From Octopus vulgaris (taxonomy: Eukaryota): DNA of 64,000 nucleotides. Shown here piece after piece: positions 13,130 to 26,595 of the stretch (positions are counted from its first letter, which is position 1; every line of letters starts with the position of its first letter). The stretch is taken from NCBI GenBank assembly GCA_951406725.2, contig OX597815.1, forward strand, positions 10,726,001 to 10,790,000. The letters are read 5' to 3'. The position numbers and the translations under genes are program-made. Below the pieces are notes generated by a model. The model ran no database searches and was not told where the DNA came from. It saw nothing but the letters and a program-made list of their open reading frames with translations.

Positions 13130-13555
13130 TACTCTTTACTCTCTTACTCTTTTACTCGTTTCAGTCATTTGACTGCGGCCATGCTGGAGCACCGCCTTTA
13201 GTCGAGCAAATCGACCCCGGGACTTATTCTTTTTGTAAGCCCAGTACTTATTCTATCGGTCTCTTTTGCCGAACCGCTAAGTGATGGGGACGTAAACACA
13301 CCAACATCGGTTGTCAAGCAATGCTAGGGGGACAAACACAGACACACAAACATACACACACATACACACACATATATATATATACATATATACGACAGGC
13401 TTCTTTCAGTTTCCGCCTACCAAATCCACTCACAAGGCATCGGTCGGCCCGGGGCTATAGCAGAAGACACTTGCCCAAGATGCCACGCAGTGGGACTGAA
13501 CCCGGAACCATGTGGTTGGTTAGCAAGCTACTTACCACACAGCCACTCCTGCGCC
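13130..13555 (-). mobile_element. SINE family B
   Basis: Full-length reverse copy, inverted relative to 12512-12940. Confidence 0.88.
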
Positions 13556-15177
13556 TGGGGTTAAAAAAATAACAATAGCCGCAACACTTTACCGGTTATT
13601 AATTTGTCAAACCCTGCAAGATGAAAAAGGTTAAGCTAACACCGTAGTGAATTCGTATTAGACCAATAGCGTATCGATTTTGTTGTTGTGAATCATTTAT
13701 GTCAGAAAGCTGCAGGCATTTGGCACATGCAACCACTTTCTTTTGTTTAGTGTTGTGGAGAGAGAAAAAAAAGGTAGTTTTATAAAAATTTCATTGAGTC
13801 TTAATTGTATTTCTAACTAGCAGAGATACCCGGCGTTGCCCGAGTTACATGCAATTGAAGAATTAGACTTTTCTGTTATATTTTCTGTAATGAACTGGAA
13901 TACCTATGATTCGAATTTCATCAAAATTGCAGATGAGGGTTCTTTCCCTCTTTACACACCCTAAAAAAATTGTAATCATGACACATGTATCCCATACTAC
14001 TGATTTTTATGTGCAGATTCCAAAATTCCAGTCTTATAGAACCTGTTAAAAATGGAGTTCCTGAAAAATGGAGGTCATGGAGCTCTAAAATGTGGGAGTT
14101 AAGGCCCTTATTGGAGGTGGGTGTCTTAATGTCAACCAGAGAAGCTGAATTGTTGAGAATCTTTTTAACTTGGGTCTTATATCTATTGTTTGAATTTACT
14201 TGAAATAGGAAATATATGTATGTTCACTGGGTTTGTAAAAGAGAGCAAAGCTACAGGAAACCAAAAGACGAATGATCACAATAAGCAGTCAGCTACAGTA
14301 CCCAAGTCGTTACCACCCCCAATTTAGGATTCCTCACCATAAATGAAAAAATAAAAACATCTTACCATCTAATTTCCTGGACCAATTGGTTTCTGATTTT
14401 AGTTTAGCAAGTAACTAACATTTACCCGCTAGGTGAAATCGTATTCAATAATGTTTTTATTTTTTCATATCGTTCCTGTCGAATTTTATCCCTAATTTTG
14501 TGGTTATAGAACCTAGCTGTTGTTTCTAGCGTGTTAAATCCCACGAGTGGATTCCTTATGTGTTTAAATGTGCACTGTATTGTATGACTAATACATAGTC
14601 TTTGGACTAAATTTTTACACGTTAGGCCACTGGAAATGTAAATTTTAATTAATTTCCATTCCTCTTTGATATGATTAAGTATTGTAAGTTTTTGGATAAT
14701 TTTCGGTTTTTAAAAGTTGGCATTTTTTTTTATTGCGGGTGAAGGGCTGCGTCTGCGCAGCAGATTTTGAAAAAATTAGGATGTATAAACAAGTGGCACA
14801 TAGTTTATGCTTATATATTTAATCTAAGGTGTACCTGTTGAAGATGATTTCACCTAGCTATTTACTTGCTAAACTAAAATCGGAAACCAATTGGTCCAGG
14901 AAGCTAGATGGTAAAATGTTTTTATCTTTTAATTTCGTTCCTGTCGAATTTTATCCCTAATTTTGTGGTTGAAGAACCTAGCTGTTCTTTCTAGTGTGTT
15001 GAATCCCACGAGTGGATTCCTTATGTGTTTAATTGTAAAGTGTATCATATATATATATATATACAACTACACATATACATGTATACATATACATCTATAT
15101 CTATAGAAATACATCTATACATATACAGCTATACATACATATACATCTATATATGTATACATGTATATATATATACA

Positions 15178-15226
<49 letters not shown>

Positions 15227-15398
15227 GTAAACAAAGTCAAATGCGATACAATAAAATTAATTATTATCGCCGGTGTTCTCGCACACGCCATATATTATTC
15301 ATATATAAGTACATTAAAAGGCGAAGTGTGTGCTAGATACACAAAAGCTGGATAAATTTAATGAGATGAAAATTAAAAACTTTTACAAACTTAGTTCT

Positions 15399-15471
15399 TC
15401 TTATACTGCAGTTTCGCCTATTTCAGCAATAAAAATAATATTTATTTACTCAGGTAGGCTCTTCAGTAAGA
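15399..15471 (-). ncRNA. Minimal type I hammerhead ribozyme motif, copy 1
   Basis: Minus strand reads tctta-CTGAAGA-GCCTA(loop)TAGGC-GAAA-CTGCAG-TA-taaga: canonical core, stems I and II, palindromic stem III, GUA cleavage triplet. Confidence 0.8.
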
Positions 15472-15802
15472 TTCCTGTTATTATGGGAAGCGCACATCAA
15501 TAGAGGCACATGCGTCTATTAAATTGCTCTTTCTAAACTATTCAAATCACTGCGCAGATTCAGAACGTACCCGACAAAATAGGGTTTTCTGGTATATCGT
15601 TTAACGCTCAAAAATTTATCGAGAAAATACGTAAACAAAGTCAAATGCGATACAATAAAATTAATTATTATCGCCGGTGTTCTCGCACACGCCATATATT
15701 ATTCATATATAAGTACATTAAAAGGCGAAGTGTGTGCTAGATACACAAAAGCTGGATAAATTTAATGAGATGAAAATTAAAAACTTTTACAAACTTAGTT
15801 CT

Positions 15803-15875
15803 TCTTATACTGCAGTTTCGCCTATTTCAGCAATAAAAATAATATTTATTTACTCAGGTAGGCTCTTCAGTAAGA
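15803..15875 (-). ncRNA. Minimal type I hammerhead ribozyme motif, copy 2
   Basis: Same sequence as copy 1, 404 nt away. Confidence 0.8.
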
Positions 15876-16418
15876 TTCCTGTTATTATGGGAAGCGCATA
15901 CATATATACATGCATATATATATAAATATATATATATATACATTTGTGTAGATGTATACACATATATATATATACATTTGTGCAGATGTATACATACATA
16001 CATGTATATATATAAATAATATATATATTTTATATATATATGTATATATGTATGCTTATATATATGTGAGATAATAGTTTCACTTTAATAGTTTCAGTAT
16101 TAAAATGAAACTGCCATTACAACAGAGAGATGTTATTGTTTCACTTTTAACACAATACTGAAATACTGGAGAAGATATGATATTGCTGTGGGCTCGAACT
16201 AGGCAAGAAGTTAAACCTTTTTGGCCTATAACACTACATGGACCCTAAGTAAGGCATTTGTAAAATTTGAATGTAATTGGTTGTGTAGTTCTCAAGTTTT
16301 AGGGATTCACACGGACTCACATACACACAGACACACGTTCTCATCTTTATATATATATAGATAATGTGTAACAATGTTTTTAGTAACCATACAAATCTAA
16401 CATATATTGTTATTACAG

Positions 16419-16596
16419 ATTGATAGCAAACTGGAGAACTGCACATCTAGCCCAGTATTTACTTCTACCAATGAAGGGGACGTATATCCGTGGAATGGCA
16501 GCCAAAGCAACCAAGATTCCAATGAAAATACAGGGTGTGAAGAGACGCTTAAAACTAATGAAAACAACAATAAGTCACTCGCCACAGGCAATATAG
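16419..16596 (+). CDS. Internal coding exon (first detected in window) of a CAP-Gly-terminated protein gene; IDSKLENC...ATGNI, phase 0 to 1
   Basis: Acceptor ttattacag|ATT and donor ATAG|gtagat. Open frame; the phase-1 end joins the 25040 exon to give GAA. Confidence 0.72.
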
Positions 16597-16619
16597 GTAG
16601 ATCTCTTTACTGTCATTCA

Positions 16620-16991
16620 TCTCTCTATATATATAAACGGCAAAATGTCTGTGTTTGTGTCCTTTATACAAATCAACAATCTTTCGGTTAGAGGGCTCAC
16701 ACTTTCTATGGTCATTCAAAACCGTCCAAGGGTGGTCGTGCACATCTTTACATTTCCCCAGTCACCCCGCAAAGCCATTAAAAAATCAATAGAAGTAACT
16801 TTTTTGTGCATTTTCTATCCAAAACCCAATCAAAATGCCCGAAACTTGATACGCCAATTGAATGCCAGCTAGCTGTATGTGATTGGTCGGAGATTTGGAC
16901 AGTACTCGCGTGTATGTGCGCACGCACGCACGTAGCTCTATATGCATGCACTAGCACTATGACCCAGTGTTGCCGGGTCATATAGTGCTAG
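16620..16991 (+). mobile_element. Non-autonomous Helitron
   Basis: A|TCTCTCTATATA start, hairpin GACCC-agtgttgcc-GGGTC, CTAG|T end. Confidence 0.8.
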
Positions 16992-17544
16992 TTTATAATA
17001 ATATTATATACCATAGCTCCGTCTGTGCATGTTGGTGTTGGTGTCATTGTTCTTTAGCCCAGTTAGGTCCAGAAAGAAATATCCACGAATTAAAGGCGGC
17101 CCCACTACAACAATTCAGATTTTTTCAAGTAAGGTGCACTTAGGACAACATTATCTAATACATTTCTTTCTCTTATCAGATTCTTGGCAGCTGTTTCTAG
17201 CAAGCCAAGCAGCAATATAGAGGCTCGGCATAGCTGTCTCTATCGTGTTATTGAGATATCTCGCAAGAAGAATGTAGAAGGGAAATGCTCTAAATTGTAT
17301 GTTTCTTGTGGTAAGATTGGTAAGGAGCAAGAATTTCTGAGAGCTGTAAGATAGAATAGAGACACAGATGTCACAAGAAGGAAATTCAAACTACTTCATT
17401 TACAATATATACTGATTCTGAAAGCTTTTGAAAAGAAGTAAAGGATTAAAACTAATCTATGTCATTTCATTTAAAGGAACCATCGATAAAACAGTGACTA
17501 ATACAATATCCTGAATTACTTCTCAATATATAGTATTCATTTTT

Positions 17545-17906
17545 TCGTCTGCCGTTACGTTCTGAGTTCAAATTCCGCCGAGGTCGACTTTGCCTTTCAT
17601 CCTTTCGGGGTCGATAAATTGAGTACCAGTTACGCACTGGGATCGATATAATCAACTTAATCCGTTTGTCAGTCCTTATTTGTCCCCTCTGTGTTTAGCC
17701 CCTTGTGGGTAGTAAATAAATAGGTATTTCGTCTGCCGCTACGTTCTGAGTTCAAATTACGCCGAGGTCGACTTTGCCTTTCATCCTTTCGGGGTCGATA
17801 AATTGAGTACCAGTTACGCACTGGGGTCGATGTAATCGACTTAATCCGTTTGTCAGTCCTTATTTGTCCCCTCTGTGTTTAGCCCCTTGTGGGTAGTAAA
17901 GAAATA
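17545..17906 (+). mobile_element. Headless SINE-A dimer
   Basis: Two body-plus-tail units joined at aaata|ggtatttcg. Confidence 0.8.
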
Positions 17907-19903
17907 TATAGTGTTCATTTTTATAAAGTTATTAGTTTTACAGATATGCATCTTTTAAATATTGTACGGGAAGGAACTGTGACCAACACTTTCATAGTCC
18001 TTCCAAACTGGTGAGATATGCAGGAGTTATTGTTTCTCTTGAACAAATTAGCGACCACAAAAAGAAACATGGGTAGGAGTAAAAAGAATGAGTGTAGTAG
18101 CTGCTGAAAGTGGAATGGATGAGCGAGACGAAAGTTGGTTATCGGGAAGGGATAAGTAGACCAGGCGGAACTAAAGAGCAGAAGTAGAGGTAGCATCAGT
18201 AAAAGAATAAAAAGGGGAGATAATATATATCCATAGGTCCGAGGCTGGAATGTATCATTGACTGTTCTAGATAAGTCAAGTGGGCTCTTTTTTTACTCAA
18301 TATGTCAGTCATTGCGTCAATCAAAGTATCAGTCAATATGTCAAATATGTCGGTCAATATGTATTTTCATCATTGTGTTAGAGTTCTGGGATGAATTGTT
18401 TTTTTTTTCTTTTCTTTTCATATTGAAACTTTTTAAGCCAGACTCCATATGCACAGTTTTTATCTGTCGATGTCCTTGTTAAAAGGCGACATGCTGGCAG
18501 AATCGTTACCACCCCGGGTAAAATACTTAGAGGCCTATCGTCCGTCTTTACGTTCTGAGTTCAAATTCCTTTTATCCTTTCGGTGTCGATAAAATAAGGA
18601 CCAGTTGAACACTGAGGTAAATGTAATCGATTTACCCACTTCCCTTACCTATAATCGCTGGCCTTGTACCAAAATTTGAGACCGATATCCATGTGTTTTT
18701 CCATCAACCGACATAACGTCTACCTCTCTCCACATTATCAAACTTGGCGGACCTGGATTGCAGCAGCTCAACCTCCGGGGCTTAAAACATTTGACCTCTA
18801 GTAGTAATAAAAAAGTGTTACGATATCCACAGATAAAGACCATTCTCCTTGATTAATTTCAAAAGCTTGAACCGAATGTAGATAATATGAAATTTTATAT
18901 TCTAAAATTGTGATATCATTTCTACTGGAAGCACAAGGCCTCAAATTTGGGGGAAGGGATTAAATCGATTACATCGATCCCAGTGTGTAACTGGTTCTTA
19001 TTTAATCGACCCCGAAAGGATGAAAGGCAAATTCGACCTCGGCGGAATTTGAACACAGAACGTAGCGGTGGACGAAATATCACAAAGCATTTCTCCCGGC
19101 GTGCTAACGATTCTGGCAGCTCGCCGCCTTTAAAATTGTGATATCAACATCAACATTAATAGGTTCTTTCATTGAGCTTCCAGAGCCCAATCACATATAC
19201 AATAGACTTGTTATAAAAGAGATAAGAGGATGTACAACAAAGTTATATAAAACGGCGGGGGGGGGGGGAGATGCCATAAAATACAGTAAGACATTTTGTA
19301 AGTGCTAACATCACAGAAAATAACCACACAAAATAATCAGATGATTAGATAAAAGCGCAGAAATAATTTCACAGGCAATAAGTTAAAGAAACAAGAAAAT
19401 AAATAGAAAATCCCAGTGGAACGTGGATGAGAAACGGCCTTCTAAGTTAAATCAGAGCTCCCCACAATTCCAGCATGCTTGCATTCCCATGTAATTATTT
19501 TTGTGTTAGAAATGTCTATTTCTCTGAGTAAATCCCGAGTCGGAAAGAGGCAGTTCATATCCTCTACATGGTTCTGGTACATCTGCCAATAAACAGCTGA
19601 TATCGTCTTCCTCCAAGAGTTTGTCGTTCGGGTGTTCGTTATATTTTCCCCTCGTATCTTTGCAAACCAGTTCTCTTCATGCACGATGTTCAGGAAATTC
19701 ATTGGTTCCTCGTTAGATGTTCTTGCCATTGAAGAAACCATGATGTTCCAGGAGGAGATGAGTTTCTGAATTCTGGTTTCTTCGAAGGGAAAGGAAAACG
19801 CTTCTTTCTTTTCTTCTATTTGGGTCAATTCTTACTTTTAGGGTTCTTTTTTATATTTTAGTTCCTATTTCCAACATTTTTAAACCCTCACGCAAGACGA
19901 TAT

Positions 19904-20135
19904 ATTTCTTTACTATCCACAAGGGGCTAAACATAGAGAAAACAAACAAGGACAAACAAAGGGACTGAGTCGATTACATCGACCCCAGTGTGTAACTGGT
20001 ACTTAATTTATCGACCTCGAAAGAATGAAAGGCAAAGTCGACCTCGGCGGAATTTGAACTTACAACGTAACGGCAGACGAAATACCGCTAAGCATTTCAC
20101 CCGGCGTGCTAACGTTTCTGCCAGCTCGCCGCCTT
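19904..20135 (-). mobile_element. SINE family A
   Basis: Full reverse copy. Other dispersed copies near 18484, 18922, 23765, 29150 and 34621. Confidence 0.8.
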
Positions 20136-20539
20136 AGTAGTAAAGTCCACTGGACTTTGGACTTGGTGAGTGTTCACCCTCCCTTCCATTAGAGAGTCGA
20201 AGGTGAAGGACTTTTACGTGTATTGCAACTCACTCACATAGATACCTCTGGCTTCCTCCTCCTTTTCTCTGAGGAGAGCGAACATCGCCATGTTTGTTTG
20301 TTTTTTTGTTTTTTTCGACACACTTTTTCCAAAACGAAACGTAAATTTTCCTTTCGAATTTAAACCCCACCGAGAGGTATAAGGAAATAAACAAACAAAC
20401 AAACAAGCAAACGAGACCTATGCGATGCTGGTGGTTTCGGCAAACGTTTTGTAAGGACATTAAACAATAAACAACTGCTGGAGACACAAATTACACGCTA
20501 AAAACTTACAAGCTATACCACACGCGTCTAGCCACTATA

Positions 20540-20601
<62 letters not shown>

Positions 20602-20608
20602 CAACAAC

Positions 20609-20651
<43 letters not shown>

Positions 20652-20652
<1 letters not shown>

Positions 20653-22393
20653 GCCATCTATATTATATGGATGACTTAAAACTTTATGGTAAAGACAATA
20701 ATGAACTTGAAGGCCTATTGCGCACCGTGAAAGCATTCAGCGATGACATCGGGATGGAGTTTGGACTTGAGAAGTGTGCCAAGGCCACTTTCCAGAAAGG
20801 GAAAGTGAAGACCACAAATTCAGTCGTGTTAGATGTTGACACAGTCATAAGAGAGCTTGAGCAAGAACAAACATACAAATATTTAGGGATAAATGAAGGC
20901 TCTGGTATTCAGCATGCAAGCATGAAAGAGAAAATCAGGAAGGAATGTTATAGGAGAGTTCGTGCAGTCCTGAAATCTGAACTAAATGCACGTAACAAGG
21001 TGTTAGCTATAAATTCCTTAGCAGTTCCAGTTGTTACTTATTGCTACAATGTGTTGAACTGGAATATGAGTGAAGTAAAGAAAATAGATAGGAAAATACG
21101 CAAGCTGCTGAGTTGTAATAGGATGCACCACCCAAAGGCAGACGTAGATCGCCTTTACCTTCCCAGAGCCCAAGGAAGTCGAGGCCTGATCCAATTTGAA
21201 CTAGCTTACAAAACAACCACAATTGGACTGGCCAAATATCTCGAAATATCGAATGACTGGATGCTAAAGCTCGTGGAAAATCACGAGAGACGAAAGAAGC
21301 TTCATTCTATCATAAAGGAAAGCAAAAAATTTGCTATTGATCTCGTGCAGGATACCCAAACTGAACAACCCGAAGGAAGTACGGCAACTATTGTTGCAAA
21401 GAAGGTGAAAATGATGGCAATGAAAAAAGCGCACGAGCAATTGGCTGATAGGTGGGAGGAGAAACCTCTGCACGGCAAATATGTGACCCGCAGCAAACAA
21501 GCTGATGTTGACCAGAAGCAAACCCATCAGTGGCTACGGAGCTCAGGGTTAAAAGCAGAGAGCGAAGGTTTCATCTTGGCTGCTCAAGATCAAAGCCTAT
21601 TAACCCGGAACTACCAGGCCAATGTGATGAAAAATGGAGCAGACCCAAAATGCCGATTCTGCAACGACATGATTGAAACAGTGGACCACCTAATCTCTGG
21701 ATGTAAAGTCTTAGCACCAGTGGAGTATAAATTAAGACATGACAGAGTTGGACAATATCTCCATTTGCTAATAAGTCGGCATTACAATATCAAAACTGCC
21801 GACAAGTGGTATAATCACCACCCTGAGGCTGTAACTGAAGGAGAAAATGTAACCATTCTGTGGGACTTTCCAGTACATACAGACCGAACCATCAAGGCCA
21901 ATAAACCAGATATTGTTGTGAAAGACCAAAACAATAAAGTTTGCTTATTGATCGACATGAGCATCCCCTGTGATCATAATATCTCAGCGAAAGAGTTTGA
22001 CAAGCACAGAAAATATAAAGATCTACTCATTGAAATTGAGAAAATGTGGCATCTCAAGGCGGTTACAATACCAGTGATCGTAGGAGCACTAGGAATGATC
22101 AAGAAGGGAACCGAAAATTATATGAGAATGATCCCTGGCTTACCATCCCTGCAAGAAGTGCAAAAGATTGTCTTAACTGGTACATCACATGTATTGAGAA
22201 GAGCATTGTCGATGTGAGAACTGTTGCTGCTCATGTATTTTAATTTAACTTTAAAAAAAATTTTTTTTTTTTAAATGAACGAACTACTGAGTTTGGTTTA
22301 ATGGCCTACCAATGTATACTATGAGTTTCTTTGCCCTAGGAGTCGGGAAGACACTCGGCAAGAAATGGAAGCAAATTTGAAAGAAGAAAAAAA

Positions 22394-22395
<2 letters not shown>
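20652..22395 (+). mobile_element. 5'-truncated R4/Dong-type non-LTR retrotransposon (RT C-terminus, CCHC knuckle, REL endonuclease) in (AAT)n
   Basis: Intact 516-aa ORF 20667-22217 with (Y)MDDLKLY, YKYLG, CRFC..ETVDHLISGC, RHD and KPDIVV..LLIDMSIP..KYKDL. (TAA)n on both sides. Confidence 0.92.
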
Positions 22396-22441
<46 letters not shown>

Positions 22442-22442
<1 letters not shown>

Positions 22443-22705
22443 GTATGAATACAAGGTAATGGGTGCTTGGTACCGGAAAAGGTAATGGACGAAAAGGGTA
22501 AGGCAAAATTCCTCTGGGCCTTTGACGTCCAGACAAACAAGGTTTTTAGGACACCGAAGGCCGGATATAGTAACCTTTAGGAGGGACCAACAAGGGTGCC
22601 TACTGATCGACGTGGCAGTACCAGGAGATCAACAAATCGACATGAAAGAAAGACAAAAAGTTGATGAATACGGAGACCTGAGAATTGAGATCACGCATAC
22701 TCCAT
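22442..22705 (+). mobile_element. Fragment of a second REL-LINE endonuclease region
   Basis: Translation RRPDIV..CLLIDVAVPGD..KVDEYGDLRIEI. Confidence 0.7.
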
Positions 22706-22824
22706 GAAGTACTGTTATTCTGAGGTCCTTGTGACTTGACAGACAGTACAAACCTCTGTTTGTAGAGACAATGCCTTCATTCAAATCAACAACATCACGA
22801 TATCCGATACTGTGCGACATCTTC

Positions 22825-23375
<551 letters not shown>

Positions 23376-25039
23376 TTAAGAGATATTTCTTACTTGCACC
23401 GGACACCAAGAAAATTAAATATTCGCCTCAAGTTTCTTAAATTTTTCCCCTCCCCTTCTCTCGAGGGAGCGAAACACTCACATATCAATATTCCGTTTTT
23501 GTCATCAACACTCAGGCAGCATATTACCAATCTCAGTTTCTCTCTTATTTCAAACTAATAATCATAATGATTTTTTGTTATGATAATGAGATGACAATGA
23601 CGAAGATGACGACAATGATGATGATGATGATGATGATGACGACGACGACGACGATGACGATGACGACGATGGTGGTGGTAGTGATGATATTCGCCAGTGT
23701 CATCGTAATTGTGGTTGTGATGGTAACCATTTCTAATTTCTAAATTTATAATTCCTTGCTGAAATAATTTTCTTATTTTGGCACGTGACAAACAATTTTA
23801 GGGTAGGGGGTTTAGTCGATGCCATCGACCCAGTGCTCAACTGGTACTTTATTTCATCGATCTCGAAAAAATGAAGGGTAAAGTCTACCCCGACGGATTT
23901 TGAACTTAAAACGTAGAACCGGAATGATGGCCACACACGTCCATTTCGACGTATGATGGTTTGAAGGGGAGGGTTTTAAAATAAAAAGATTACAAAATAA
24001 AAGAAGCTGTAACTTTTTGTGATGGATGCAAGAATGTAATTTGAGTCCAGGTATATCACAATTGTGACTATGAAGTCACAATTGGGACACTGGCGACTTT
24101 GATTTTGCCTGGTATTGGACAAATGTGTATTTTCCATCTAAAGCATTATCCAGCCTGTAAAATGCTGTGAGAGTTTGGGAACATTGTGGATGCTAAATCC
24201 CAGTTTATCTGAACACATGATTGCAGTTCGGTCAAAGTGACAAGCCGCAGAATGATATCACACGAACGACACCCACACCAGTTCACCTGCATTTTCGTCG
24301 TTATCATTTCCATAATATAGCGCGTGCTTGCACTTCAGCAGAGACGGCATCCAAAAACCAACACGGGGCGAGTGCTGGCAGCAGATGGATTTTTTTCTAA
24401 TCAACAGAACCTGATTATTCCGTAAAAAGCAAAATATACAATCCATCTAGTCAGATGTAAACACCAATAAGAATATGTTGGCACTATCCACTTCCTCTCG
24501 GTTTTTCCAGGATAACTTCTTAACCCAATTCTCAGTGAAAGTGGCTCCTCTACCCGAAAACCTCTTCCCAGATCTTTTCTACCTCGAGGTCCCAATAGGA
24601 TTGTGAAGGTCGTGGACACAACTTCTCGCTCCGGGACAAACTGATATTGCAGACAAGCAAAGTCTACGTATATCAGTTCGAATAATTTATTATTCAGAAC
24701 ACATTTCGTTACACAGACTAACCGATACATTGGCTTACACACAATCTGACTGACATCTTAACTCATACATTGACTAACATACTGGTAAAGAAATAATTGC
24801 TTCATTCTAAAAGGGAATGAATCATTTTCTAGAATAAGCAGCAGCCATGTTTTAAGTATATCTTTTGACGAAATGAAACGAAGATTCATTGACAGACCTA
24901 GAATGTATGCTGATATCGATGAGTTATCGTACATGCTTTCGTATGATGAGTTTAACTGCTGTTTTTGCTCAATGATAGCGTCTACTTTATTTTGAAAATA
25001 GCTCTAATCTATTTCTTTTCTCTTCTTTTCTATTTTCAG

Positions 25040-25591
25040 AAGTTACAGACTGCGTGTTTCCACAGACTAACAGCCGGCATTTAAGTGCAGAATCGAAAGA
25101 AATGCAGAATATTCCTGGAGGAAAATCTCAGCTTGAAAATAATCATTCTGGTCCAGACTGCAAATCTTCATCTGAGCTTTGGGCCAAAGACAAAGCACAA
25201 CTTACTGAGATGGGAACGGATAATATGAATTTGATATCATCTTCTCTGACATCATCGAAAAACGGCAAGAGAAATGACAAAATGCACAGGGAAGATGCTG
25301 TCAACAGAAAAAAAGAAGCTCAACATCGTGAATTCAACAATATTGAGTTGGTTAACAACTCATTGATTACAGATGTCCACAGTTTTCCACCTTCGAGACA
25401 GACCCGCTGGGACCAGTACAACCAAGTCAGACTCAATGAAACTTCCATTCGAAAACTGCAGAAATCCCTGGATGCTCAAGACCACATGCACCAAAGCTTC
25501 CTGGAACATTATAAACCGAATAGTAATTTCCAGGCCAGTCTCTCACACACCAGCGATCAACAGAAGTCGTCAAGAAATAGATTCAAACGTG
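25040..25591 (+). CDS. Coding exon, low-complexity Ser/Asn-rich region (EVTDCVFPQ...RFKR), phase 1 to 1
   Basis: Strong polypyrimidine acceptor ttttctattttcag|AA and donor CGTG|gtaaag. Frame continuous with the 251-aa ORF at 25054. Confidence 0.8.
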
Positions 25592-26301
25592 GTAAAGCAA
25601 GATTGAGTTTCCTTCAAATATTTTTGTTCCTACGAACAAAGACAACACCATCATTACAGCCATCCATCACCACCAACATTATCATTACTACAAGCACCAA
25701 TACTGCCTGTACAGTCACAACAAACACCTCGTCCCTAGTGCTATTACGACCATCGACACTACTCCCATTATTATTTTCCCGATCACTACCTCGAAGGCAC
25801 GTGGCTTAGTGGCTGGTGTATTTGGTTCGTGATCGCTAGATTGTGATTACAGTTCACAAAGACGGGCTGTGTCCTTGAGCAAGACACTTTTTTTTTAAAT
25901 TTCAAGTTGTTCCAGTCCCACTCAGCTGACAAAATGAGTAGTACCTGCATTTCAAAGGACCAGCCTTGTCACATTCTGTGTCACGCCGAATCTCCTGAGA
26001 ACTCCGTTAAGGATACGCATATCCGCAGTGTTCAGTCCCTTGTTACGCTAATTTCGCAAGCAGACTGTTCTGTTGATCGAATCAACCGGAACACTCATCG
26101 TCGTAACCGATGGAATGCCATTATCTGTCACTACCATCATTACCTAACCACAAACTACATCTCCCTACAACTAACCACGACAATTAACCATAACGACATC
26201 TCCCACAATTGCCCCCAAGTACCACGACTGCCATCTCTCCCCGCTCCGTTGACGTTATTACTTTCACTGCCACAATACAATTATCTACAACATAACACAC
26301 T

Positions 26302-26595
26302 GTGGAGGCATATGGCCTAGTGGTTAGAGCAGTGGACTCGCAGTCGAGGGATCGCGGGTTCGAATCTCAGACCGGGCGATGTGTGTGTTTATGAGCGAAA
26401 CACCTAAACTCCACGAGGCTCCGGCAGAAGGTAATGGCGAACTTCTGCTGACTCTTTCGCCACAACTTTCTCTCACTCTTTCCTCCTGCATCTTGCAGCT
26501 CACCTGCGACGGACTGGCGTCCCGTCCAGGTAGGGAACCTATACGCCAAGAAACCGGGAAATCGGCCCTTCTGAGCCAGGCGTGGCTCGAGAAAG
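26302..26595 (+). mobile_element. SINE family C
   Basis: tRNA-like head with B box gggttcgaatc. Confidence 0.8.

Larger units (their letters stand above)
15225..15899 (-). mobile_element. Direct-repeat (A-B-A) element bearing hammerheads; retrozyme or non-autonomous Penelope-like
   Basis: About 270-bp direct repeats (15225-15496 and 15629-15899) flank about 130 bp of unique sequence, embedded in TA-rich microsatellite. Confidence 0.65.
13817..16361 (-). mobile_element. Composite non-autonomous Helitron, about 2.5 kb
   Basis: Minus-strand 5' A|TCTATATATATATAAAG at 16361, 3' hairpin plus CTAG|T at 13817. That both ends belong to one element is inferred. Confidence 0.55.

Noticed and set aside
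23960-24760. Decayed DNA-transposon coding remnant (DCIFCF motif)
   Set aside because: Similarity is too weak to assign by eye.
26302-26375. tRNA gene (also other SINE heads)
   Set aside because: A/B boxes are present but continue into SINE bodies; no convincing acceptor stem.
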